NCBI GenBank assembly: GCA_024704765.1
Contig: JAKMXF010000299.1
Span: forward strand, 124,001-188,000
DNA length: 64,000 nt
Source of the DNA: Oopsacas minuta
Lineage: Eukaryota; Animalia; Porifera
Reading direction: 5' to 3'
A model generated the notes under the pieces. It was given only the letters and a program-made list of their open reading frames with translations. It was not told the DNA's origin and searched no databases. Below are positions 42,169 to 54,793 of the stretch, in pieces (position 1 is the first letter of the stretch; each line of letters opens with the position of its first letter). The position numbers and the translations under genes are program-made.

Positions 42169-44619
42169 ATGTCGATAGGAAAGAGTTTTGTACGACCGTC
42201 CGACCTAGCTACACTAGAGGAAGAGAGACAGGGTATTAGTCTTGAGGTTGGACAGGTTATTTCTTATAATCCAAACAAGCATTTATCTATTCAACATCAA
42301 CAACAATCTCTACCAATTACAGCTTATAAATCAGATATTCTATATCTCATTTCTAAATTCCAAGTTGTTATAATAGTGGGAGAAGCTGGTTCTGGTAAGA
42401 GTACACAGATACCTCAGTTTTTGTTAGAAGGAGGGTGGAGTCAATCTGACAAGATAATTGGAGTAACGCAACCTAGGAGAGTAGGTGTTGTTACTTTAGC
42501 TCAGCGAATTGCAGAGGAACTTGGTTGCAATATTGGTAAGATTGTGTTTCGATTTTAGAATTAGAAATCTCGTATTTCCCTGAATAAGCGCTGGGGGCTC
42601 TAGAGGAGCTAGAGACGGCCCAATACTTGTGAAATAAAATTTATAGCAAATAAGATCTTTTGTTGAAATTTACACCACATTTGACTATACAACATATTTG
42701 GATATAATTATTTTCCCAAAATATTTTTGTATTTTCAAAAATTGAGAAATATTTAGACGAAAAATGTACACGAAAATAATAACGCCCTGGGCGAATATTC
42801 AGAGCAATACGGTAAGTACAGCATGTAAATTGTAATATATACCATGGATGATGTTTAATATTTCCTAGGTGAGACGGTTGGCTACAGAATCCAGTATGAC
42901 AGCTACGTCACATATGGACGTACCAGAATAAAACTCCTAACAGACACATCCTTACTACAGGAGCTAATGAGAGATCCTCTACTATCCAACTACTCTGTTA
43001 TAATGTTAGATGACGTACATGAGAGATCTATATACACAGAAATACTGATATCTCTGTTGAGAAAGATTATAAAACTTAGAAAGGATCTACGATTAATTAT
43101 TACGTCATCAACATTAGAAGCTAATAGATTCAAATCATTCTTTGAACTGCATACAGATGGTAAGAAGGAGAACTGTGCTGTGTATGGGATAAAAGGTCGT
43201 GTGTGTAATGTTGATATTTTATATACAAAAATGCCAGTAGCAGACTACATAAAGGGTACAGCTGAATTGATACTGGAAATACATAGAAAACAAACTCCAG
43301 GTGATGTACTCGCATTTCTAACAGATGAACAAGAGATCCGTACAGTGGAGGATATGATAAATGAGTCAGAAAACGCGAAAAATCGATCTAACTTGAGTAT
43401 TGAAGTGCATCCCCTATACGCTTCACTACCTGCATCAGAACAGATTAAAGTATTCAAACCTTCACTTGATCGCGGTAGTGTAAGAAAGGTAATTCTATCT
43501 ACAAATATAGCAGAGAGCTCAGTCACTATCCCTGGTGTAGTATATGTTATAGATTGCGGTTTTGTAAAGATGAATGTATACCATCCACCTTCAGACACGG
43601 AATTCGTTGCTACGGTACCCATATCGCGGAATTCAGCAGATCAAAGGGCAGGTCGTGCTGGTCGTATTCGCTCAGGCAAAGCCTTTAGACTTTACACCAA
43701 ACAATCATTTGACAGTTTAACGAAACAAACACAACCTGAGATATTACGTGTGAATTTAGCTCCCGTCATACTCAGCCTAAAAGCCCTGGGTGTAGACAAT
43801 ATTGTAAGGTTTCCCTTTCTAACCAGACCTCCAGCTCTGCATCTAGCCAGAGGGTTAGAACTATTGTTCGGATTAGGTGTATTGGATAAGGAGGGATCTC
43901 TTGTAAAACCACTAGGCTTACGTATGGCAGAAATGGCTCTACACCCAACTCTAAGCAAAATACTATTCTCTTCCTGTGAGCTAGAGTGCTCAGAAGAGAT
44001 TGTCTCCATAGTATCACTATTGCTAGTTAGGAATGTACTATTAAGACCGCCTAACAAAACATATGACGCAGCCCGTGCTCATGGAAAGTTCCAGAACGAT
44101 GGAGGAGATATTTTAACAATGTTAAATGCGTATATTGCATTTTGTGAACAAGGAAAGAAGATAGAATGGTGTAAAGAGCAGTATTTGAATTGGAAAGCAT
44201 TGAACCATGCATGTAGGATCAGAGAAACGTTAGTTAATGTGTTAGAAATGTTTGGTGTGGGGTTAAAAAGCGCGAGAGGAGATGACACGATAGTACGGCA
44301 ATGTATTTATTCAGGATTATTCCCGAATCTAGCCAAATTGGTAGCAGGGGGTGTGTACCAATCAGTACGCTGTGAAGGTGTGAGAATGTCATTACACCCT
44401 TCCAGCTGTTTTGCACGTGAAACTAAACGACCAGCTTGGATCGTCTTCCATGAGATGATTCGGCCTAATCAGCTGATTTATATTAACAAAATAACACCTG
44501 TAGAGTTTGATTGGATACAAGAAATGACGTCACATTACTATGACTATGGAACTGAGAGAGAAATCCAAGAAATTAGGTGTAAAAAGTCGCGATTAGGCGA
44601 ATCATTTGAAATTTTGTGA
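42169..44619 (+). CDS. DHX35: DEAH-box RNA helicase DHX35 with altered motifs; exons 42169..42535 and 42869..44619
   Basis: N-terminal F.RP...EERQ...YNP...LSI..Q.Q.LP, GEAGSGKSTQIPQ, TQPRR, STNIAESS.TIPG, QRAGRAGR, then HA2 and OB folds. Confidence 0.9.
42570..42812. mobile_element. MITE family D (CCGTATT-type TIR) in the DHX35 intron
   Basis: TCGTATTTCCCTGAATAAGCGC ... GCGAATATTCAGAGCAATACGG|TA imperfect inverted ends. Confidence 0.6.
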
Positions 44620-44692
44620 TATAATAATATTTTCCATTCAATTACCTTACTGACTAATTAGCATACTTACATAATTAGGTTGCTAAGAACAG

Positions 44693-46281
44693 ATGTCATC
44701 TATTAGCGATAATAGTGAAGATACAGATGAATTCATACTGGGGATACGTAAGGAATTGGAACAGCGAGATATATCAGAAGATTATACGTTTACAACTTTA
44801 ATACAAGGAGCGAGACATAACGAGGTCCCAATTGATGAAGAACAACCTCTTGGCAGCATGAGAAGGACATTCTCTACTCCGAAAAAAGGTATACAATATA
44901 CGAATGATGATGACATTGACAAGTTGTTATACGGGCACAGTAGTAGCAATAATAGGTCATTAGAAAGTTATCTAACAGATGATGAGTATGAGCTAGAGTC
45001 ACGTGATCAGAAAGATGTTGATTTCAATCAAACACCCATGACTCATAGCTCACAGCATGGAATAGTCGGAAAAGATCAACTATTATCCTACCAACAACTC
45101 GGTACATCACCTCCTGATGTTTTTATGACGCCAATGCATTTCATACAAACACCAGCTAGCAACTGGAATGAAAAAGAAATACAAAATTTAAAGAATAAAA
45201 TTAACAGACAAACTCTAACTCATAAATCAGAACTGGATGAACATCTAAGTCGAGAAAGAAACGCTCAATTCAAACTCGAAAAATCACACGATGAAAACCA
45301 ATGTCTTATGAAGAGCATGAAAACTCAACTTTCTACCCTGCAGCAGAAAATACGAGAAATGCAATCAGAAAAGGTTCAATTAGCTTCTGAATACAAACAA
45401 CAAAATTTACCCAAAGATGATGTGAACAAATTTAAAGAAATAGCTGGGCATTACAAATGCATTGCAAAAGAACAGGGCACAAAAGTTCTGAATTTACAGG
45501 AATTAATCCATGGTCTGAATGCGGATATTAACCAGTTGAATATTCGCATTTCTGACAAGGACAAAGAATTGAATGATATGAAAGAAAATCTGAAGGATCA
45601 GGCAAGGGAATTCGCGGTTCAGAAAATGCGGAAAGAAAGTGAAGCTCAGGAAAATTTGAATAAATCACAGAAGCTTCATCACAGAGAAAAGGTGTTATCA
45701 GTCGCAAAATTACAAGAAGATCTCTCACAGACTCATAACGAGGAAATACACCAGCTCAAGAACACCCTACTAGATGATAAGAATCGCGCTTTATCACGCC
45801 TTGATGACAGTCTTAACCAGAAATTAACTAAAGCTGAAGAACACTCAAAGAAACTCGAAAAAGAATTGAAATATTCAGCAAAGAAAGTAGAGGAGAAAGA
45901 TGATGCCATAAAGGTCATGGAAAGTCAGCACAAAAAAGAGGTAGTAAACTTCAAAATGTTTATGTATCTCAATTATTCATATGATTAATTGTCACCTAGG
46001 TGCAGCAACTAAACTCTGAAATATACAGACTCCAATCTAACATTCACAAATCATCAAAAGATTTGACACAAAACAAAGCTCAGGTAGTAGCAAAAGTTCG
46101 TCAAGACACCGAAGAGCAAACTCTATACAGGATACAATTAGCTGTTGAATCAAATCAAAAAAGTCTCCAAACTGAAATAAATAAACTTAAAACTAATCTG
46201 AAGCGTACTACAGATAAACTAGCCATTCTACGTGACCAGAACCAAGAATTTGTGAAGAGAGATAAGGAGAAACGATCATAG
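44693..46281 (+). CDS. Uncharacterised coiled-coil protein; exons 44693..45940 and 46000..46281
   Basis: Long ORF with acidic/disordered N-terminus and heptad-rich E/K/Q/L C-terminal two-thirds; 59-nt GT-AG intron in phase 0. Confidence 0.8.
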
Positions 46282-46424
46282 GAATATACTCCCTCCCATT
46301 ACTACCATTTATAACCCAACATTTATCACTACTACCATATACTTATTATTTTTATCAAATTTTCCAATATAATACCTTGCATAAGCCATAAGTAATCGAA
46401 TTGCCAAATTATCATAGCTATAAA

Positions 46425-48773
46425 ATGTCTGATTGCGAATCATTTGAATCAGAATTTCAATCAATTACTCCACTACTCTGCAATCCTACAGAAGAACTAT
46501 TTGATGACACAATTCCATTACATAATGATAATCTAAGGGAAGGAGAGAGACCTATATGCTCTCAAATCGGACAAGAAAACAAATTTGAAGAACTGGTAGA
46601 AATACAATTATCGAATTCAATTGAATCTAAACAGATAGCAAATCCTACAGCTGATAAACCGAAACGTAAATTCCTAAAGAAAGGCGAGGGAATAGCTAGA
46701 TTTAACCCAGGAGCTAAGCTTAAAAATAAGCCTGTTAACATCTCCAGACAAAATTCCTCCAAAGATGAACCCATGAAGCGCATAATCGCCAACGAACCTT
46801 CGCAAGTAAAACGTAAACCAGTTCATAAAAGGATCCCTCAAATAATACAAGCTTCTGAGCCTAAAGAGAAGAGACCTAATAACTTTCTATCTCCTATCCC
46901 ATTCACACCCCCTTCTAATACAAATGGTACACCTCTAAATACGAAAGCGTTTGAATTCCAAACTCCTCCTCTATCAACAGAATGTCGACCAAAGCACTTA
47001 TCCTTCCTAACAGCTGATGACCAGCTGACTGACTATCAATCCGATCTATACCGTGTGCCCAGTGATGATTCAGTTATACTAGGCTTCATGAAAAATGAAA
47101 GAGAGCAACAGGAAGATCTGAAGGAATTCGAAGCTCTAGAAGCACTCATAGAAGCTCATGTCAATGGTCAAACTAGTATAGACCTGAGTATAGGTGCTCC
47201 AATGGATAGTCCTGCTTTCCATGCTCTGGGAAAGAAGGCTCAAGAACATTTTACGAAGAGAAAGAACTCTAATCTAGATACGCACATCCATAGTCCTATA
47301 TCTGCTACTAGCAGTACAGCTGATCAGAATCCATTAGATGTAGCAATAGCTGAGGATGAGGATTGGGATGTATACTTTGGAGACGAGATAGTGACGAAGC
47401 AATTTGATGTACATCAAGATCTACACCAAGACCTACAAGATATACCTGATACATCCAATAGCTTGAAACAGGTAAACGAAAAGGAAGTAAGAATCTTGAC
47501 AAGTGACGTAGACAATCTTATTAAAGAGAGAGTTGAAGAACTAGAGAGTGAGATCAGTGAATATCAGAGACTTAATGTTGTCATGAAGAAACAGGAAGAG
47601 GAAAGGAAACATTTACAAAATGATTATAAACAAAAGTTGGATGGATTCGAGGAATTTAAGAGATTAGAGTTAGAGAGGATGGATAAAGATTTCCAAACTC
47701 AAATGGCAGCTGTCAAAAGAGAAAGACAGCGATTAGAACAATACAAACAAACTTACCATTCTTCTGAGTCAAAATTATTGAAACAAGAAATTGAGATGAT
47801 CCGCGAGCAACTAAATGAATCACAAAACACAATTCGAGAGAAAGATTCTAAGAACAGAATTCAAGTACTTCGTTTGAAGGATAATATCCGTCAGGTTGAG
47901 CATGAACGAGACGAGTTGAAGGAACAAATTACATTAATGGAATCTCTACGGTTAAAACAATGGGAAACGACAAGTAACCAACCTCAGATCAAACAACCTA
48001 CACAAACTAATCATCAATTTGAGAGTATCGTCTCTCTCCCAGACGATGATAAAATAGAATACGAAGATGAAACAACACAGATATTCTCTGAATCAAGTTC
48101 ATCAATAGATAGTAATGAACAAAGTGAAATTAGTATAATTGAGAATACAACAGAAAATAGAGATAACTTTGATATCTGTAGATCATATGCCAATTCTACA
48201 GCTATTCCAGGAATTGTTGATAAGCTCAGTGAGAGACTATTGCCTGATAATTCAACCGAAATTATATATTTCAATAACAGTCGTAAAGTAATTTCTCCAA
48301 ACGGCAAACTAGTCACTTTATATCTTTCTAACGGGGATATTAAAACTACTACACAAGAGAAAACAGTGTATTTCCACGCGGAAAATAGTACAAAATGTAC
48401 AAAGTTAAAAAACGGACAAGAAATATACGAATACTCAACTGGACAAATAGAAACAACATATCCAGACGGTTCTAGAGAGATCATATTCCCAGATGATAAC
48501 AAGGCTCATATATTCCCAGATGGATCTGAAAAGCTATCTTGCAAGGATGGGACTATACAGAAGAAATCAGCTGATGGAAGCACCACTGTAATATGGCATC
48601 CTGATGGATACGTTGATACTCTCACTAAAGAGTTTAAGAAGCGAGAATTTGCTGACGGAACTTGTAAAATCGTGTTTAAAGATGGGATGAATGAGACCAG
48701 ATATCCAGGAGGTAGAGTGCGAATCAAGACACCTGAAGGCAAAATTATTCATGATGGTATTATTGAGAAATAA
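46425..48773 (+). CDS. CENPJ: Centriolar protein CPAP/SAS-4 (centromere protein J), single exon
   Basis: KRKFLKKGEGIARF, EQQEDLKEFEALE, central coiled coil, and C-terminal TCP/G-box repeats (NGDIK, PDGS, YPGGRVRIK). Confidence 0.92.
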   Translation: MSDCESFESEFQSITPLLCNPTEELFDDTIPLHNDNLREGERPICSQIGQENKFEELVEIQLSNSIESKQIANPTADKPKRKFLKKGEGIARFNPGAKLKNKPVNISRQNSSKDEPMKRIIANEPSQVKRKPVHKRIPQIIQASEPKEKRPNNFLSPIPFTPPSNTNGTPLNTKAFEFQTPPLSTECRPKHLSFLTADDQLTDYQSDLYRVPSDDSVILGFMKNEREQQEDLKEFEALEALIEAHVNGQTSIDLSIGAPMDSPAFHALGKKAQEHFTKRKNSNLDTHIHSPISATSSTADQNPLDVAIAEDEDWDVYFGDEIVTKQFDVHQDLHQDLQDIPDTSNSLKQVNEKEVRILTSDVDNLIKERVEELESEISEYQRLNVVMKKQEEERKHLQNDYKQKLDGFEEFKRLELERMDKDFQTQMAAVKRERQRLEQYKQTYHSSESKLLKQEIEMIREQLNESQNTIREKDSKNRIQVLRLKDNIRQVEHERDELKEQITLMESLRLKQWETTSNQPQIKQPTQTNHQFESIVSLPDDDKIEYEDETTQIFSESSSSIDSNEQSEISIIENTTENRDNFDICRSYANSTAIPGIVDKLSERLLPDNSTEIIYFNNSRKVISPNGKLVTLYLSNGDIKTTTQEKTVYFHAENSTKCTKLKNGQEIYEYSTGQIETTYPDGSREIIFPDDNKAHIFPDGSEKLSCKDGTIQKKSADGSTTVIWHPDGYVDTLTKEFKKREFADGTCKIVFKDGMNETRYPGGRVRIKTPEGKIIHDGIIEK

Positions 48774-50122
48774 CACTGTTAATTACAAGTGAACAGTATG
48801 TACTTATTGATTGCAGTTCTAAATTCTTATCTATCAAAGAGAGTTTCACACCTCGTTTTTGCATGCGTAGCCATTAGTAAATTATACATTGCAGTTATCG
48901 GACAAAAGTATTTTCCTTTAGCGTGTTAATAGCCAGAGGGAGGATAGCTAGAATAGTTTAGTCATTGTACATAGATTTAAATCAATATCCTCCTACTGTA
49001 TTTTATAAACTGGATTAAGTTTCTTATTCAATAATTGTCTGATTACCCAGCAGGTGGATATATTAATTAATTAATTCGATATTATTCGATATTGACACGC
49101 CCTTAACTCCATGTAGTAAACAGTACATAATGCAGGTTGGTGCATAATTCTACAAAGCTGGTATTTTGGAGGTTTTTCAGTAATCGAGACAAAACAACAG
49201 TTAATTTGTAAGTTATGTGCTATATATATTGCTTACAAGTCCTTTTACATTAGACAGCAAACTTCAATACATTTTACTAATTCTAGTAGAATTGCACTAT
49301 TGGAGCATTGTATAGTTTACTTAAATTACGTTACATGCTCGATAAAACGTTTGCATTTCCTACTTCCTGGGAAGACAAGTAGCTTATGGCTTGATTAATT
49401 TGATTATGTCTATGCAAAATCACATTATTTAACCTTATACATATTGATAATATCATAGAGTATTTCTTTCAAGTGTAGAATATTATCAGCACCGCATTGG
49501 GATTCAATTTTGTTCAATATAGAACCTTGCTTACGCACATACACACAACATACAAGTGTGTCTTAAGATTGAAATGTCAGTGTTACACAACCATTGGTAT
49601 GCCATAGTTTAGATATATAAGTATGATTTGGATGTTGCAATATTTTAAATATTTTTGAATTTATTAATATAAGCCATTTTTGGCTACTGAATGTGAAATA
49701 TTTGATTTCCAAGTATATATAGAGCAATTCCTGAAATATCACGTTCATAGTATGCCAAGAGTAATAACAATATCTCTCATTACTGATAAAGTTAGACGTG
49801 TTAGATTCCTTAAATCTCTGCGAAATTTAAATATACATATCCTCAAGTGAAAATTAATAATCCCTCAATCTGCAATAATTTTAATTCCGGATTTATCCCA
49901 TTAATTATTCCACTCAATTATTCTGTTGCTAAATTTGATGAATTAATTATCAATTTATTTCAATGCATATGCTACTGTAACGCGATTGAATCATTTTCTC
50001 TTTAAAGTACAGACTTCAACCTGTCTACTATATAAGAGCAGATCAGGTTTGGTGGAATAGAATACGTGAGGGAGATTTAACTTGTATTTGTCTGTATATT
50101 TCCTTGTTTATTTGCGATAATT

Positions 50123-53100
50123 ATGACTACAAAACCGAAAAAACGATTTAGTATAACCTTTGATAAGAAGAGTGATATGGCAGCTGCGAACGTGACGTCA
50201 CCAACTCAAATCAATGACATCGCGCTTGTACGTCCTTCCAACTTTACAATACAAAAGCTCATTAAATCTCAATCTAAATGTCATCCAAATAATACGTCTG
50301 TGACGGTGCCAGACATTCCACCGGGGCCTATACCTCTACCTATACATTTATATGACGGTCTGGTTAAGAGGAGCTGGTTATGGAAATGGACAAATTATAT
50401 TCAAGGTTATCAGAAACGTTGGTTCGTATTAGACGAAGGTACTCTATCTTACTATAGATCGAAGGAGGAGATATCGCATAGCTGTAGAGGAACAATTAAT
50501 CTATCTGGAGCTTATATTGAAACGATGAACAGGACTTATTTCGTTGTCCGTAATGGTACAAGCCAAGTTTTCCATCTGAAGGCATCGAGTGAAAACGAAA
50601 AGCAAGAATGGGTTACAGTACTAAATGCAGCAAAGAGTCGTGTGAGTTTATTTACTAAATATCTAACAATACCATTTTATTCTCATAAATATATACATGT
50701 AGGCAATCAGGATATCTGATATCATTGAAGAAGATGTTACTCCGAATCGGTACAGAGAGATTGAGAGCGAACCTCTAGAAGAAAACCCCCTTGATAATCT
50801 CCAAGTGAAGCTACTGGATCTACAGAACAATTATGAGAGTCTTCAAAGAAAAGGACAGCAATTATCACAGGTTATCAATACAGGAGATACATTGGAGCAT
50901 CTTAGCCCTGTGTTGAAAGAGAAGTTCACTCTATACTCTCTTACAGCCAGATCGTTACTCCAGAAAGCTAACGAGTACTATGAAACTGCTACTGAGATGT
51001 TTAGCAAGTAAGTTGAAACGTGTCAGAAATTCCTTAGTTTTATGCTTAACTGCTTAGAAATAAATACCACATGGAAATATTAAAATTTACACGAATAACT
51101 GTATGTACATAGCTGGCTATATTTCTGTGAATACTTAAAGTTCCATGTCGAAAATAAACTAATAGATTGTTCATTGATTCGTAAGATGACTCTATAGTTA
51201 CCAAGAGTTAGGCCATAAGCATTGGGCATGGCATATAGTTAAATAGCTTGTAAATGTAATATGAGACTTCACATATTTATGATAGCATAATATTCATATG
51301 GAAATTCAATGGGGTTAACTTTGAATTCATCTGGAGTGGAATTGTAACGACGTATAAGATAAGTTATTTAAATCCAATAGTGTCACTAGATGGAATTAAT
51401 TAATAATAATAATAATAATAGGGATAGGACAATCCTTTATAAGTTGTAATTTATATAACTTTGAAATAATTTATATTCGTATTTCAGGTGTCAAATAGCA
51501 TATTTGCAAGACTTACGACAAAGAGAAGAACTGGCTAACGAAATAGAATCTCTAGCTACTCAACTTGTTGAGGTAGAAAAGCGATGTCTAAATAAAGATC
51601 AAGATCATCCCATGGACGACAGTTTAAGCGGTAGTGGCTCAGCTGAACCAATATCAGTCATGACTAACACTGATTCTAACTCTAAACACTCAGCACCCAC
51701 TTATAAGAAATATGTAAAAGAGGATAATTCAGATGATGATGATGATGATGATGAGTTTGTTGATACGTTAAGGTAATTATTATAGCGTTTTAACTGATAC
51801 TTTAATTAAGTTTAACTCCCGTCATATCAAATACGTATATATGGAAATCCCCGCATATATCGAAGTCTGAATTGTACAAATATGGTCCCAAACCTAAGTA
51901 CCAAAACATGAATTTCACAGGTTCTATCGAAGTAATTATCGCGGTCCCTTGAGCTTGGATATAACAGGAGTTGAATGTAATCATATATATATGCATATAT
52001 AGTTACATCCCTGAAAAAGAGAATGATCATCAACTACTCCCACCTTACGGAGAAGATGGTTGGAAAGATAGTATACCGACAGGATTAGAATCATATGCAG
52101 ATAGTAATGGGCTAAGCTCTGATGAAGGATCTATACATTTCTATCAACCAGGACCTGAAGGTCTAGACAGACATCTTAAGACCCCTGAGGAGCCTACATT
52201 GAATTTCATGCAAAACCCAAATCCAGCTCCAACTCTTGCGAACAGAAGACAGTCTATTACACCAAAACCAAATGTCAAGTAAGTACAGTGAAAACCTCTA
52301 CAGACGGGGTAGGATTTTTCGGCTTCCCTGACATCCGGTTTATAGAGATTACACTGAATTTCTAAGTGCTAATAAATTATTTGAAAAATTTATATGACTC
52401 TTATATTGTATGTAGAATGAGCTATTGGGGAATCTTAAGAAACTGTATTGGAAAAGATCTCTCCAAGATTCCAATGCCAGTACATTTTAATGAACCTCTC
52501 TCATTCTTACAGAGAATGGTAGAAGAATTTGAGTACAGTAGAATACTTGATACAGCAGCTACAATAAAGGATCCGTTAGAACAGCTCTGTTTCGTAGCAG
52601 GCTTTACTGTAAGCTCTTACAGTACTACAATCAATAGAACTACAAAACCGTTTAACCCTCTGTTAGGAGAAACATACGAGTGTGATCGTAGACACGAGAT
52701 GGGATGGAGAGTATTGATGGAACAGGTATACACTTATTCTCATTAAAAGTACAGAGCATTATTCGGCTTCCCTGGTACCTCATTTGTGGAGGTTACGTTG
52801 TATAGCCAAATTTTGCTTAATTAAATAACTCTAATTAAATTTCCTCAATGTTTCGTGTAGGTATCTCACCATCCCCCAGCACTCGCCGTGCATGCAGAAC
52901 ACAAGGATTGGGTACATTGGCAAGATTTCACAGCCTCAAGCAAATTCCGCGGGAAATATCTAACCATTATCCCTCATGGTGTGGGTCATCTCGCATTCTA
53001 TAACACAGGGAACCATTATACCTGGAGAAAGGTTACAACTACTGTACATAACATTATTGTAGGGAAGCTATGGATAGATCAACATGGAGAGATGGAAATT

Positions 53101-53792
53101 ATTAACCATAAAACAAGGGATAGATGTGTTTTGAAATATATCGCATACAGGTTCGTTTTTTGGTGGATAATAATTATAAACAGAAATTATATATTTGTAT
53201 TTTTAGTTATTTTTCTCGCGAAAAACATAGAAGAGTTACTGGTACGGTTTACGACGCGAATAAAGTGAAGAAATTCGTTCTACGCGGTTTTTGGGATGAA
53301 TTAATGGAGTATGCTCCTGTAACCATAGGTCTTGATGGGGAACAAATAATCGGTGATTATCAAAACTGTTGGACACGAGCAGAACTAAATCTACACGAAA
53401 CTATGTATAATTTCTCACATTTTAATATGCAGCTAAATGAAATGGAACAAGGGATAGCGCCAACCGATTCAAGATTACGACCTGACCAGAGGAAAATGGA
53501 AGATGGAGATTTTGACAAAGCTAATCAAGTAAAAGCTTTACTCGAAGAGAAGCAAAGAGCAAAACGTCGCGAGAGAGAAGCTCTTGCTCTAAAGGCTCTG
53601 CAACATGAACAGAAAGGAGAATTCGAAGAAGCAAAAAAATGCCGAGAGGAGTCTGAATACAAACCATACTGGTTCGAGAAAGATTTCGATCCTTGCACAA
53701 ACACGCTTGTTCACACCTATAAGGGCGGGTATTGGGAGGCCAAAGAGTCTTGTGGATTCAATAATATCAAGACACCAGATATATATTTATAG
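50123..53792 (+). CDS. OSBP: Oxysterol-binding protein (PH, FFAT-like and ORD domains), multi-exon
   Basis: PH domain WLWKWTNYIQGYQKRWFVL...LSYYRS; acidic tract + EFVDT; ORD GKDLSKIPMPV.FNEPLSFLQR, EQVSHHPP and DSRLRPDQR.ME.G. Confidence 0.93.
51808..51977. mobile_element. MITE family A copy (about 170 bp) in an OSBP intron
   Basis: AAGTTTAACTCCCGTCATATCAAA ... GCTTGGATATAACAGGAGTTGAATG|TA; internal segment resembles the 17775 copy (TGAATTGTACAAATATGGTCCCAAAC). Confidence 0.7.
52286..52356. mobile_element. MITE family B copy (71 bp) in an OSBP intron
   Basis: TA|CAGTGAAAACCTCTACAGACGG ... CCGGTTTATAGAGATTACACTG. Confidence 0.7.
52752..52800. mobile_element. Truncated MITE family B copy in an OSBP intron
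   Basis: TTCGGCTTCCCTGGTACCTCATTTGTGGAGGTTACGTTG|TA shares the family B core and right TIR. Confidence 0.55.
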
Positions 53793-54152
53793 CCAGCCAT
53801 CCAATACAAACCTATCTAAGTACTTTATATTACAATAGTTTGGTAATGGCAATGGAAGGCAATAAAGCACTGAAGTTCAAGTCTATCTTTGGTGTATATA
53901 TTTGACAGTCACTGAGCTAGTAGTTGTGATAATTTTGATCAGTAAGTATACATTTTGTTGATCTATTAAATTGTTTTACGAGTATACATATATTAATATA
54001 CATACGGTCCATGCCTGTTGTTGTAATGATTCGTCATTTTCATACACTATATATCAATTGTTTAGCTAATAGCAAGGATTGTATGCAATTATTCACCAGA
54101 ATATGATATATATTGGCATATTAATTAACTTGTACTGTCAGTAAGTTCAAAA

Positions 54153-54793
54153 TTAGAATTTATTATCAAGGATAAAGCATTCAATACTATTTGCTATGTC
54201 CACTTTATTTACCATTTCAAAGGCTTGTTTAAGTATATTCAAGGCTAATGATAGTCTTTTGATAGAGATCTATAGAAATCGATATTATCTTCCATTTCTT
54301 GTAATTCTGAGTTAGGAATTATATCCTCAAAACATGTTTTTATTGTGTTGAACACATCTGCATCAATATCACTAGTTCTCTCTAGAAGAAATGAGCGGAG
54401 TTTCGGTCAGCATCCATGGTTTTCGGTTGTCCATTTTCCTGTGAGTTTACAATATCTTTGTAAAATAATTCATCCAAATTCTTCAATTCTGCATCTGAGG
54501 TTAAAATATCTTCAATTTCTTCTGATAAAACGCATTTATTACAACATTCTAAGTATTCACTTAATAATTTTAAACATAGTCTATGTTCTTTAGATAATAA
54601 TTGCATCATTTTTAGACTTGCTAAACTTTGCTTCTCAAAACGTTCTCCCACTCTCTTGCATTTATCCTGAATAAAAGGCTAATCTCCTCAGATCCTTTCT
54701 GTCTAGTTTGTCCACTAATTGGATTAGTTTGATATTTAGACCGATTTTAGCTTGTAAAGTACCAATATGACTCGGGTAAGATAGACTAGCCAT
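54153..54793 (-). pseudogene. Tandem death-effector-domain (cFLIP-short/caspase-8 prodomain-like) ORF interrupted by 3-4 frame slips; pseudogene or mis-assembled gene
   Basis: Successive frames read MASL...LIQLVDKLDRKDLRRLAFY / ...SLKMMQLLSK...LKLLSEYL...EEIEDIL / KLRSFLLE...FNTIKTCFEDIIPNSELQEMEDNIDFYRSL / LALNILKQAFEMVNKVDIA. These are two DED-like helical repeats. The 641-nt span becomes a multiple of 3 with either repair model. Confidence 0.6.
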
